Below are positions 13,852 to 26,551 of a DNA stretch of 64,000 nucleotides, in pieces. A model generated the notes under the pieces. That model was not told the origin of the DNA. It saw only the letters and a list, made by a program, of their open reading frames with translations, and searched no databases. A program made the position numbers and the translations under genes. Positions within the stretch are counted from its first letter, which is position 1. Each line of letters begins with the position of its first letter. This stretch comes from Dictyostelium fasciculatum (Eukaryota). The stretch is taken from contig NW_004457713.1 in NCBI RefSeq assembly GCF_000203815.1, positions 9,358 to 73,357 on the forward strand. The letters run 5' to 3'.

Positions 13852-14949
13852 TTAAAGATCCTCTCTGCAAATGGGACCAGTTGGTGCCTCTAAAAGAGTA
13901 GTCTTTCCTTGTGGACCTTCAGCAGCCTTTCTGTGATTTTGTGGACCAACCTTTGTTGGTTCACTCTTTTCAATTTGTGTCAAAAGATTTTTCATAGTCT
14001 CTGGTGTGAGATCTTCGTAATAGTCATCGTTAATACAGATCATTGGTGCATTTACACATGCTCCAAGACATTCAACTTCTACAAGTGTAAACTTTTCGTC
14101 TTTGGTGGTTTCTATTAAAAACAAAGAATAAATAAGCATATAGGGATCTCTATATATAATCTATTTTTTTTTGTTGTTGTTGATACTAACCACCAACATT
14201 GATATTTAAATGATGTTTGCAAGCATTAAGGATATCGGTTGAACCTCTGAGCATGCATGGAGTAGTTGTACAGACTTGAACAAAATTCTTTCCAATCTTT
14301 GTTCTATTAAACATGGTGTAAAATGAAGCAACTTCATAGGCTACCATTGGTGCAACACCAATAATCTCTGCAACCTTGTCCATAGCTTTTAATGAAATCC
14401 AACCACCATTTTGTCTTTGTGCAAGATCAAGTAAAGGGATCATGGCTGATTGTCTATACTTTGGTGGATACTTTGAAATGATAGTATCTACCTTTTTCAT
14501 GTTCTCTTCTGTGAAATCAAATGGTGTATGATCATTATTATCATCTGTATCGATATGCTAAAAATGGATAGATGGATAGATAATAGATAGATAGATAGAT
14601 GTGATCAGTGACCGGTGATCAATACATGTGCAAAGATCTAGATGTTCTAAACAATGCAGTCACATATCTTTTTAAAGTTACATACTCTACTCAATGCATC
14701 TGATCTTAAAATTGCAGATGACTGGAATGATCTTTTACCTGTAGCAATGATCAATGATTGCTGAAAAGTAGGAAGATATATATTTTATAAAGGTGTGAGT
14801 AAAGTTTGTTAGTATAAAATGATCATCATTTTTAATTTATTTACAGACTCTCTTTCTCTCCTCTCCTCTCTCTCTCTCTCTCTCTCTACTATAATATGTA
14901 CCTTTGATAAAGCATTAATAGATCTTTTCAAAAGGGTGGCAGATTGCAT
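13852..14949 (-). CDS. ndufv2: NADH dehydrogenase (ubiquinone) flavoprotein 2, 24-kDa subunit, mitochondrial
   Basis: Four minus-strand exons: 14902..14949 ([16 protein letters not shown]), 14686..14760, 14191..14557 and 13852..14111. All junctions are GT..AG and phase-consistent. The total is 249 aa, the same length as human NDUFV2. The model is collinear with human ([12 protein letters not shown]..., [25 protein letters not shown]). Confidence 0.85.
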
Positions 14950-15364
14950 GTTTGTTGGCTCTGATGCTGATCAGTACTACTACTGTACATGCACCCGTCT
15001 TTTTCTCATGGTGATCATGTCTCATGCCAACGTTACAAGACACTCTAAAAAAAATTTGAAAAAAAATTAATTTTTTGTCTTTCAAAGGCTGCAGATGATG
15101 AACTTTCGTTTTTGGGTAATCACATTTGTCGTTGCAACAGAGCACTCTTCTTGCTTTTTACAATCAATCAATCACTATAACAACACAACCAACAACAACA
15201 ACAACAGTCGTCAATTGTTTGTCATCATACATACACTTGTGTTTGTGTTATACTATTATTTTATAGAGAGAGAGAGAGATAGAGAAAGAGAGATTTGTTA
15301 AACAAAGAGTTTTCTAGAATCGATTTGGTAAAGATTTGTTGGTATAAAAAAAACTCTATATAGA

Positions 15365-18300
15365 ATGGTAAAAGCAAAGAGTTTTTATTCAAAGTTCAAA
15401 AAGGAGGTATTGATGGGTATCCGTGAGATACCCGAAGGATTCAAAGCAATGATTGAAGAAGGTGCCATTGCTCCACATCCACCAAGACCTCAAGGAAGAT
15501 TGGCTAGTTTACATTCACCTGTAGACCTCTTTGCTAGAGAGTTTGCAAGAAAGTATCCAAACGTTGGTTATCTAGAATTGGATGAACCAGATGATGGTGA
15601 AAAGTACAAGCCAATTGACGAGTCATCATTGTCAATCAAAGAACAAAGACGTCGTGCCAAACAAGAAAAACCATATGACAGTGGTATCGCTGACGATGAC
15701 ACTCTTCATGACAACGAGTTGGACCTCGAACTCAGTCAAGATGCATTCAACTATGCAAAATTCAAATTGACTGCAATGAAGAAGGGTCTATCTGATCAAC
15801 AGGCAACTCTCCAAGCCACTCGTGATGTATTTAACTTGTTGGAACAAAGAGAGATTGAACTCAATCTTATTAGAGAGCAGGCAAATCAAATTGGTGTTCC
15901 TTCTTTTGATCCAATGAAACATCTTCAACATTTAGAAACTCTTCACGATGAAGTTAGTTCTCGTCATCAAGAATATCTTTTAACTGAACAAAGGTAAATA
16001 CAAAGAAAAGAAATGAAAAAAACAAATTGAAAAGAAAAGCAATGATAGTAACTTTTTTTTTTTTTTTTTTTTTTTAAAAAAAAGAGAACAACTTGAAGAA
16101 GCTCTAAAATATAGAAAATATTATGGTGATACATCAGCTCTTCCATTTGAATTAATTGAAGGGTTTTCACCATATGAATTACATCAATTTATTTCTGAAC
16201 ATCCAGAATATAAAGGTATATTATTTAAAATTATATATTTATATATTTATTGATTTCTAACTTTTTCATTTCTTTTTTAGAATTCTTTTATAAACCATTT
16301 TTACCACCTGGTTCAATGGTAGAGTCTCCAGATACCATGGAAAGTGCAAAGGCAGCAGTGGTAGATGAAAATAATCTTGACAATATTGAAACTGGTGAGG
16401 AACTTGACCACAAGCCACAAAAACAATCACAATCAATTGGAGCATCCAAACAACAAAAGCAACAAGATGGAGCATTGGTCAATTTGACAGAAAATGGAGT
16501 TTCCATTCAAGAGTTGCTTGGTGGTCAAGATTTCAATGGTCAAGCCGATTTCAAGGGAACCTCAAAAGAAGATATCCAACAATTGCTAGAAAAGTATCAA
16601 AAGATCCAAAACCACATCCAAAGAGCCAACTCTCTTCAAGAATCACTTGACATTGAATCATTGGATCCAAGAGTCAGTGACAAGGTCCAATTAAGATATT
16701 TGGGTGATTGTATTCTCTCGATTGAAATCTTTATCGACTATTTGAAACTCCGTTCTCCAGAGTTTATCGATCACATCAACAAACAAGCCGGTCACAACAT
16801 TCTCAAAAACTTGATCGAGTGTTCTAGAATGATCAAAAACTATGCACTTGTGCTCAAGACCCAACTTCTCTCCTACCGTGTTCTCGGCTACGAATACACT
16901 GAACCATCTGACGAAGTATTAAACGCCATTGATGACGACCAAGATACTCCACAAGATGGTGAAGAGAGAACCATGAGTCTTGGACAAATCACAGCCGATG
17001 TAGAAAGAGAGGTCGACATTTTCGACTTGGAGAATGCAGGCAACGACGTTGACCAATTGGGAAGTCATTTAGACTCGATGGACTATCGTTTCAAAAACAT
17101 TCTAGACTATGCAAAAGACCTCAATCAAGACGATTTTGTTAACGCCATTGACGACGAAATCCACGACGACGAAGAAGAACTCAGAGAATCAATGGCCGAA
17201 GAAGAGTTTGAGGAAGATGAAAATGAAGATGACGAAGATGATGAAGACGATGACAATGAAGAAGACAACGAGGAAGATGACCAAGAAGAAGGAGGATTCG
17301 ATAACTCATTGGCAACAAATGAAGATGCAGAGACCGAGTTGGGCTACCGCTTTTCAGACTACAACTTGGATATTGGAAGAGATGCCAGAAAGTTCATGTC
17401 TGAAGAAGAAGAGAAACTCTTCTTTGACAACTACCAAAACCAAAAGAGAGGAAAATCATTGGCTGGTAACGGTCCACTCGATTTCAAGACTCAAGATCCA
17501 CTAGATTTTATTTTCTCGAGCAATGAAACCAATCAAAAAGAAGCCAACCAATCCACTGCCAACTCGGCTCCATGGGCGTCGGTAAACAAGGAAGAGTTTA
17601 TCTCTTCTGTTTTCAGAGACAACAGACAACTCTTTGCAGAGTTGCATGTCGGAGAGGATGGTAAAATCGCCTCATCTTCTACCAACACTGACCTTTTGTT
17701 CAATGGTAAAATGTCTGACAAGTTGTGGCGCCAAGATGCCAACATTGAATACCCAGTCGTTTGTTCTTTGGCCACAGTCGATCACCTTGGAAGCAAGATC
17801 TCACCAGAGCTAGCCAAATACTTTAATGCTACCCCAGCTCAAGTAGAGCAACCCCAAACCAACTCGACAAGTCTCCAAGCAAATTTCTATGACTCGGATC
17901 TCTCCAACCTCGAAACCATTAAAAACCTTTCTCGTTTCCAAGATGTTCCCTCTATCGAGCACAAGGAAGTCATCAACCCACAATCTTTTGAAAAATCATT
18001 CAAGACTACCATGGCCACTGCCAAAAATGACATCTATGTTGACTCTATCGACTATGTCCAAACAAACGCTGCTTTTGAAGAACCAGCAGAGATAGTCGTT
18101 GATGAGGCCACACAACAAAAGTATGAAACCCTCAAGGCTAGATTGAACAAGATCAACGAATCTGTCAAGCAAATTTCTTCTGCCTTTTACGAAAAGGATA
18201 ATGCCGACGTCAAGCAAATCATCGCCAAAAAGAATGAAATTCTCCAAGGTAAAAGCCTTCAAGACCTTGTTGCAATGGACCAACCACAATTTGATCAACT

Positions 18301-18900
18301 CCAATCCCAGATCACTTTGCTCGAAGAGAAACTAAAACAAACCACTGCCCTCTCGGTTCTCAAGGACAAGTTGGCTCAAAGAAAATCAAGAGACTATAGA
18401 AAGCAAAAGAGACTTGCCATCAAGACTGTCGACCAATTGCTTGTACAACAGACTAGACTTGAAAGAAAATTAGATCTCCTCGTGGAAGAGAATCCATCGC
18501 TTGTCACTCTTCAAGAAAAGGAAACCGTTCTCGCCATCCAACAAGAATATGATACTGTCCAATCCAAGCACACCCAAGACCAACTATCCCATCACCATGC
18601 TCTTCCATTGTCCCAACAATTTATCAATTCATTCTGGCATGATCTCTCCCCAAGTGAAAAGAAAAGATCTTGGTTCAATTCAAACAACAACAAAAACAAC
18701 AAAAGTCTGTTGTTTCTTCACCACTCCAATTGGACCAAACATTGGTAGATTCCATATCCAACAAAGGTAACAACAACAACAACAACAATAGTAATATTAT
18801 TTTGACACCACAAGAGGAAAAACAATTCAAAGCAAATATTGAGACCAACTATGATGATGTAGACTATGGACAAGTTCAATTAAAATCAACTGATCTTTAA
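15365..18900 (+). CDS. large acidic / coiled-coil hypothetical protein (about 1150 aa)
   Basis: Exons at 15365..15993, 16085..16215 and 16281..18748 are phase-consistent, with GTAAAT and GTATAT donors. The ORF then stops at 18748, while a protein-like frame continues to 18900 in a shifted frame; see the finding. The protein contains a D/E-rich block and a long C-terminal coiled coil. Family not recognised. Confidence 0.5.
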
Positions 18901-19134
18901 AATATAAATAAATAAATAAAATCAAACAGTAAAGAATGAATAAATAATGAAATAAAATTTGTTTAAAAATATAAAAAGTAAAGAATGATTATTCTTTCTT
19001 TGTGTTTATTTTATTGGGAAAAGTCTGGTTTTTTTAAAGCAGGTAAATATATCTGGAGTGCATTGCAACTTTTTTGGGGGGGGGGGGGGTTTTTAGGTTT
19101 CTGTATTTTTTTTTGTTTTGTTTCTATCTATCTA

Positions 19135-20717
19135 TTACCAACCAAAAAAGTTTTTGTCATTGTTGTTGGATTCTTGTTTGTTTGTTGAAAAAGCTTCATC
19201 ATTGTCTGACACTTCGGAATCTGATGAGCCGTCGTGGCTGTGATGATCGCCGTGACTACTGCTGCTACTATGGACATCTGATGATGAATCAATAAATTGA
19301 ATCGATTCGTCAGAGTATTCGTCCGACGAAGTAGATGGTGAAGATGAAACTGATACAAAAGATCTTGATGTTAAACGATTATTTACAATATCTTCATCAA
19401 CTTGTTGATCATCATCGTCATCTGATAAATCCTTTTCAAATGGTTGTTTGTTGTCAAAGTCGCACTCGGGTGTGTGTTGATTCGACAACAGAGGCAATTG
19501 ATTATTTTCAGAAAGTTGTTGAGCCAACTTTAATACCCGATTTCTGTCTCTTGAAATTTGTTCAACCTGCCTTTCGTCAATGACACGGGACAAAAGGGTT
19601 GGGTAAATGATAGAAGGATACTTGTCATTTACAAAATCGGTTGATACAATCTTTACCAGAGCATTGGTGAATACGCCACGTATAAAGGATATGTTAAATG
19701 AGTTTTTGCCAACATCGTTGTTACGATCGTGTGGGTCAATGAGGGTTAGGTAGATCCCCAACTGGGGTTCTTTTTGGTAATAATATCCATTGTGCTCCAA
19801 GCTGATTGCGTGTTGGGTGTATTGAAATGATCTGCCATAAAGTTCTAAAAACTCGATTACCATTGCGCCATAATCAGTGTCATCACCAGCGTGTTTAAAA
19901 TGTGCTCTTGAGTGTGCCCTTCTTGGGTTAATAACCCTCTCTTGATAGGGAACATATCGAAGCTGGACATAACTGGCAACCATCAATGCCAAAGCATAGG
20001 AACCTATACCGCCAGTGTAAGTTTCGTTGAGTTTGTTTTGGAAAAGGAAAAACTTTAACAATAATAATAATAATTTCATTGACTTGTATTTCTAATAAAA
20101 AAAAAAAAAAAAAAAAAAAAAGGTTAAAAGAGATGTTCTTTTTGTAATTGTTTTTTTTTCCCCCATACCTTTAAAAAAGATTTGACGATAGTTGTATTTT
20201 CAATACCATTTGGAGTATCAAAACAAATATCAACATTGTACCAAGTGTCTCTGTGTACAAGTTTAATGATGGGTACTTTAGCGCCAGCAATAAGTCTCAT
20301 GTTGGTGTAGGTGGTGTGGTGTTTTCGATTTAATATATTATAAAATTCACGGATTGGGTCATAAATAAAGGAGGATTTGTTGGCGCTGGTGTTATTTGGG
20401 CGGTCGTTAATACCTGATATCTGAATATCGATATCACTTGAAGGTATACATAAATCGGTTGAAAATGATCCAAAAATATGGATCTGTTTAAAAAAAAAAT
20501 TAAAATTAAAATTAATATTTGTTTTGTATCTTTTTTTTTTTTTTGTTCTTGATATAATTACCTCTGCATGTGGCCAACTTTCTCTGATGATGGATTCAAC
20601 ATCGTGTACTATTTTTTGTCGCAATCTGTTTTCAAGCGGGTTTGGAGCCAACCAGTCGTAAAACATTACAATCTCTTTTTCCAATTCCAACTTTGAAAGC
20701 TCTTCTGCATTGTACAA
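19135..20717 (-). CDS. non-canonical poly(A) polymerase (Trf4/PAPD5/Cid1-like nucleotidyltransferase)
   Basis: Minus-strand exons at 20562..20717, 20169..20483 and 19135..20052, with GTAATT and GTATGG donors and phase-consistent junctions. The NTase motif GSFSTDLCIPSSDIDI and PAP-associated region LNETYTGGIGSYALALMV are present. The 5' end is unresolved: the frame stays open upstream to about 20960 without an ATG. Confidence 0.7.
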
Positions 20718-21042
20718 TCCTTGTAGCCACAGTGGTGGAATAATCGATTTGGATTTATAATTTCGACCATTAAATGTTGATTCTCCACCGTTTGATTTGC
20801 GATGAGTAACGATGTTGTTATTATTATTATTGTTGTTGTTGGTGTTGTTGTTGTGATGGTGTTGATTTGTTTGGCTATTTTGAATTTGTACAGGTGCTGA
20901 GGATAATGGAATAAATTCGGATGCTTGATTTGATTTTTCTATTTTAAATGCAATAAATATATATTAGAGTTGAGAGAGAGAGAGAGAGAGATATATAATG
21001 AATTTGTATTTAAATTTTCTTTACCTTTGTTATTTTGTTCTT

Positions 21043-21603
21043 CTATAAATAAAGGTCCCTTTGTTTCTTTTTTACTGGAAGATTGTTGTTTGTTGAGTTT
21101 TGGGTGTTATTAGTGTTTTTTTGGTCGACGGGTTGGGTATTTATATCTATATTTTCTTTGTTACTAATGTTGCTATTAATACTGTTTGTTGTTGTTGTTA
21201 GGTGAAGATCCTCTAAATTTTTATATTCTTTTTGTGTATTCTTTTCATTGTTTGATTTTTCTGCGAGATTGTTCAAACTCTTGGTTGGTGGTGATGAAGA
21301 TGGAGTCCCATTGTTCTTGTGTGATTTTTTCTTTTTTAACTTTACATTGCCATTATTGTTGTTGTTGTTGTTGTTTTGTTTTAGCGACTTTTGATCAGAA
21401 GCAGTTGTATCACTTGAAGGTGATGATGAAGAAGAAACAGTGACAGAAGAAGAGGAAGAGGAAGAGGAGGAGTTATTGGATGTACTCAAAGATTTGACTT
21501 GTTGTTGTTGTTGTTCTTGTTGTTGTTGTTGAAGAATTGGTGATTGATGTGGAGGTGATGAAGATGGAGAAGCAGATCTTGGTGATTTTTTTCTCTTTAA
21601 CAT
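21043..21603 (-). CDS. low-complexity S/N/Q-rich ORF (186 aa), possibly a separate gene or a 5' part of the downstream nucleotidyltransferase gene
   Basis: Long ORF of typical Dictyostelium low-complexity coding type. No domain recognised. No clean splice into the gene at 19135..20717 was found. Confidence 0.3.
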   Translation of the reverse strand: MLKRKKSPRSASPSSSPPHQSPILQQQQQEQQQQQVKSLSTSNNSSSSSSSSSVTVSSSSSPSSDTTASDQKSLKQNNNNNNNNGNVKLKKKKSHKNNGTPSSSPPTKSLNNLAEKSNNEKNTQKEYKNLEDLHLTTTTNSINSNISNKENIDINTQPVDQKNTNNTQNSTNNNLPVKKKQRDLYL

Positions 21604-22510
21604 TCTCTGATAGACTGTCTTGTTCCTCTTGTTTCACGTTGTTGTTGTTGTAATGTGAATATTTACAACTACAATCTTTATGCTCCTTCTTCTTTTGTTA
21701 AAGTTTGTTGTTGTTGTTGTTGAATGGTGGTTTTCGATTCGAGTAGTTTTTTTGATTCTGTGATTGTTGCGTTCTGATAAAGAAGATGAATAAAGTAAAA
21801 TGTGTTAGTAACAATGGTTGTTTTCAAAGAAACGAAGCATTCCCTTATTTTTTTTAATTTTTTTTTTAATTTTTTTGAAACAATAATACAAGAAATAATA
21901 TACTAACAATATTAAAACAAAATGAAATGTGTAAAATGAGGAATGAAAAAGGTTTGGTGAATGTCTCTCTCTCTCTCTCTATCTGAAAAAATAACCTCGC
22001 TTTAATTGTGTGTGTGTGTGTGTTTGTCAGATCGTTTTGTCATTCTGTGTCGTGTATCTTGAAACAATCGTTTAACACCTCCTCCTTGCTCGCTCGTCTC
22101 TTTTTGTTTTTGTCATTAACACCTCTCTCTCTCTCTCTTTCTCTCTGTTGGCCCATCTATACATAGGCAGTTCGCATTAATAATGGGTTGTCAAATAGTA
22201 GTGTGATATGAGATTCGAGTCGTATGACCGCTGATTGATTGTTTTCTCTATTGTTGTTCTATCTATCCTATAGTTTCAAGTTGAATATTCTTTTTGGTTT
22301 TATCGTCTTACTGATCTTTGGGTTGTGTGAGTATAGTATATTTTCTTGTGTTGGTATTATAATGTTGTAATCACCTCAAATGTGTTCTCTGTTCAAGAAT
22401 GCTGAAAAAAAAAATTAAAATAATTGTTTTTTTTTTTTTTTGTTTTTGGAAGTTCGGTAACCATTGTGTGGGTGCCACAAAAACACTGCTCTAAAAACAA
22501 GTTTATTGTA

Positions 22511-22689
22511 TTATTCATGAAAGTAAGGATAGACTTCATAGTCATTGTATAATAATCTTCCTTCTTTATCATAGTGAAAGATTCTATAACATTCTTCGCA
22601 AAAAAAATATGGTGTTTCATCGACCAGTTTGTCGCCAACAGTAACAAATCTTATTATTTTTAAATAATTAATATTATAAGTTCTATAAT

Positions 22690-22727
<38 letters not shown>

Positions 22728-23979
22728 TATATGAGAGTTACATACTTTGCAGGATAAATTTCACAAACCTTGCACTTTTTTCTTCTCAACTTTGCATGAT
22801 AGGTTTCGATTGGATAGTCTGATCTTTTGAAACTATCTTTGGCATTGATCAATCTCATCTGTTTGAATACCAAAATATGTTCACAATTTCCTTGATTGCA
22901 ATAGAGATACTTCTCTCCTATAGATATATCCATTTCATTAAAACAATAAAGAGACATGTCTCTTTCGAGGAATGAACCACCAGAGGTGTCTCCTTTTTTT
23001 AATATCCATTCATTTATGGTACTAAAAGAAAGAAAGAAACAAAGAAAGAAAGAAATTTTAATTTAAAATCATTCATCACTTGTTGTGTTTATCTATAGTT
23101 TAACTATACTTACTTGCTATAGGGTATATTTTCTGGTTCACGTAAATCATTATAAAAGACATTGTTGATAAAGAAAAAACAAGATTTTCTTTTCCATCCA
23201 TCCAAAATATTATCTCTCTATTGAAATAAGTATTAGTAAATGAATGAATGAACGATATATTCGATATATATGATAGAGAGGAAGGAGCATACCATGCAAT
23301 ATATTTTGTCACGCAAATCCGTCAACTTTTGAGAGCCAATGACCAAAAACTCTTGGATTTTACTCGATTTCTGAGGATGATATAATACAACCGAGAGTAT
23401 AATCTCATTGCTTGATAATGGTTCGGGGTAATTGATATCTAAATGCATATTATTTGATATACTATCAAATGATATAATTGGTAGTTCTACACCTAAAGTG
23501 TTTGTATGAAATGGTATTTGCGTAGAGTTGGTAGTAGTTGTAGTTGTAGTTGTATTATTATTATTATTATTATTATTTTGATTATTTTGATTATTTTGAT
23601 TATTATTATTTGACATTAAACAAGGTGATAATAACAAAGGAGATTCATTAGATAGTGTACAGTCAAAGTTATTTGTAGGAGGAGATGAAGAGTTGGTGAG
23701 GGGAGATGTTGTAAAGAATAGTGAAGATTTGATTTCATTTTCTACAATTTGATAATGTGTCTTTGGTTTTATATCATTGACTGATATGTTTGGAGAGAGC
23801 AACTCTAATGTTGGATCTATTGATTCTTGAAGTATAGCATTAAAATAATCGTTCTGAAAGTTGGCTACATTAATCACTGCACTCTTTATATTATTGTTAA
23901 AAGATAGTGCTGGTAATGTTGTTGTTTCTTCATTGTCACTATCATCTTGTTGTTGTTGTTGTCGTTGTTGTTGTTGCAT
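22511..23979 (-). CDS. snRNA-activating protein complex subunit 3 (SNAPC3/SNAP50) homolog
   Basis: Minus-strand exons at 23293..23979, 23114..23217, 22746..23021 and 22511..22649, all GT..AG and phase-consistent. The C-terminus aligns with human SNAP50 (QEFLVIGSQKLTDLRDKI, YLYCNQGNCEHILV, CKVCEIYPAKFVTVGDKLVDETPYFFCEECYRIFHY). Confidence 0.75.
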
Positions 23980-24101
23980 AAAAGAATGATTTTCTTAACG
24001 ATTAAACACTCAAATGTTTGTTTGATTATTTGTTTTTTAAAAAAGTTATAATTTTCGATTTTTTTTATTTATTTTATTATTTAATTTATATATTATATTT
24101 T

Positions 24102-25782
24102 TCAAAGAGATGATTGTTGTTGTTGTTGTTGATAATATCTAATTAATTTATCATCTATTTTATCCAAATAATAGGAACCTTTACTTATAAATTTGATAGA
24201 GTCAATTGGATTGTAGATAGTGCCTTGACTGATTTGCTTCTTGCAACTCTCCTCTCTCATTTCCATTGCTTTTTCAAATTCCTCTGGTGTTTGTTTGATT
24301 CTTTGTTGTAGTCTTTCGTTTATATTACATTTTTCGACAATAGATGATGTTGTCTTGCCGCTATCATTATTATTATTATTATTATTATTATAATTACCAA
24401 CAAATGAAAATAGTGTTGAAGCCAATCCGGATCCATAAGAAAATACCAAAACACGTTTACCATTGAGATTTTGTACATTGGTCAAGAGTGAAAGAATAGA
24501 AGCATATACTGAACCACTGTAACAATTACCCAATTCCTTTGCCAATGTAGTGCTGGGTAGAACTTTGGCTTTATATTCATTTTCCGATGCCTTGAGCGAG
24601 GCAGTGTCCAATTTTGGGTTACCATAAGACTCGTTTGTCAAACCAATGCCATCAAATTCGGCAAAGAATGATCGATAACAACTTTTCACTCTTTCCTCTG
24701 GCGATCCAGATAATATATAGTCTAGATATGCCATACGTCCTAGTGACTTTTGTACCAAACGATTATAGGGAGAGTGGAATACACAATAGTCTGCACTCTC
24801 CAATGAAAAGGGCGCACAACCTACATATTTTGATTCAAATGAGCGTTTGTAGAGACTATAACAACGATCTAGTGCTCTGAGATAACATTCTATAGATAGT
24901 TTCCCGTCAACATAGGGATATTCTGATTTGAGATCGGGTTTATAGAAATCATAAGCATTTTCCATGTGTACTCCTCTTAATCCACACTCCATAACCAAAG
25001 GTGCATTTGGTCCTATGAGCATCGCCACAACACCACATCCTCCTGTTGGTCTAGCATTGCCTTTGGCATAGACAGCTATATCACCAGTTATGACTATTGC
25101 ATTTCTACCGTCCCAATAACTACTCTCCATCCATTGAACACTATTAAACATTGCACTAGTTCCTCCATAACATGCATTGTAAGTATCAACACCTAAAAAT
25201 AACGATTATTTTCACTTTAGTGTTAGTACTACTACTAAAGCTAATAAATGGTTTACTTACCCTCTACATTAAAATTTCCAGATTCTTGAAAGAGAGACAT
25301 TAAAGCAGTTTTAATTGATTTGCTCTTGTCAATGATAGTCTCTGTACCAACTTCAAGTCTTCCAATAGAGTTATAGTCGATATTATATTTTTCCATTAGT
25401 TGTTTGAGTGCATTCATGCACATTGACACTATATCTTCTCGATCTCCACAATATGACATATTGGTTTGTCCTAATCCTTTGGTATATTTTCCTTCCGATA
25501 CTCCATCATACAACTCTTTTGGTGATCATAAAAAATGAAAGAGAAATGAAAAAGGAGTAAGAAGAAGAAGATGAACGATTTGAAGTAGTAAATGAGAAAT
25601 AAGATGTCAATAAGCTGAAAGGACAACAATGATATCATTGTCTTGTGTTGTTGTTGTTGTTGTTGTTGGTGGTGTTTAATCATTGTCATACCTAAATCTT
25701 GTTGACTAACAAAGGTCGATGGAAAATAGATGTCCATGGCCAAGATACCAATGTTTCTAGTTGTTGTTGCAGACATCATCAT
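24102..25782 (-). CDS. hgsA: hydroxymethylglutaryl-CoA synthase
   Basis: Minus-strand exons at 25692..25782, 25261..25515 and 24102..25192. It is collinear with HMGCS ([55 protein letters not shown]). Which of the two Dictyostelium paralogs this is cannot be told. Confidence 0.9.
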
Positions 25783-26551
25783 ATGTTATATATATATTGC
25801 TAAAAGACAATAGTAATAATGTGTTGGTTAGTTATTATATAAATATATATATTTAAATAATGAATATTCGAATACAAAACATGTAAACATAACATTAATG
25901 TTCAAGCTACCAAAAAATTTTAAGATTTTTTTTAATTATCTTTTAAAAGGATTCTATCTATATTAAATTGCACTTTGTCACAAAGAGATCATGACTAAAC
26001 AACAACAACAACAACAACAACACAATAATAATAACAACTACCAACAACACAATAATAATAATAACAACAAACAACAACGATAGTGGTAGTTTTTATTTTG
26101 TAAGGAGAAAAGAGGTAAAAGATTCCTATCCAACCTCAACAACAAAGAATAAAAGCTCAAATTCCATCTCTTCCAACATGTTACTAAAAACAAAACATAC
26201 ACACACACACCAACACACGCTCATTTGGGTGGCAATACATGTATATTGGACAAACGACGATTAATCATGATATTTTCGATGATATAAACAAAATGATATA
26301 TATATTGATCATCATCATCATCATCATAATCATCATCATCATCATCACCGGGGATGTAGTTTATTATTATTAATTTAATGTGGTTTCCAATTATGTCTAT
26401 TGATTTCTCTTTTTCTTGTTGACTGATATTTTTTTCACAAGAATAGTAATAATAATAAAAAATAAATAAATAATAATAATATTTAATAATAATAGAAAAA
26501 AAATCTAGTTTGGTGGATATATAAAACCTTTTAATATTTTCGATCAATAAT

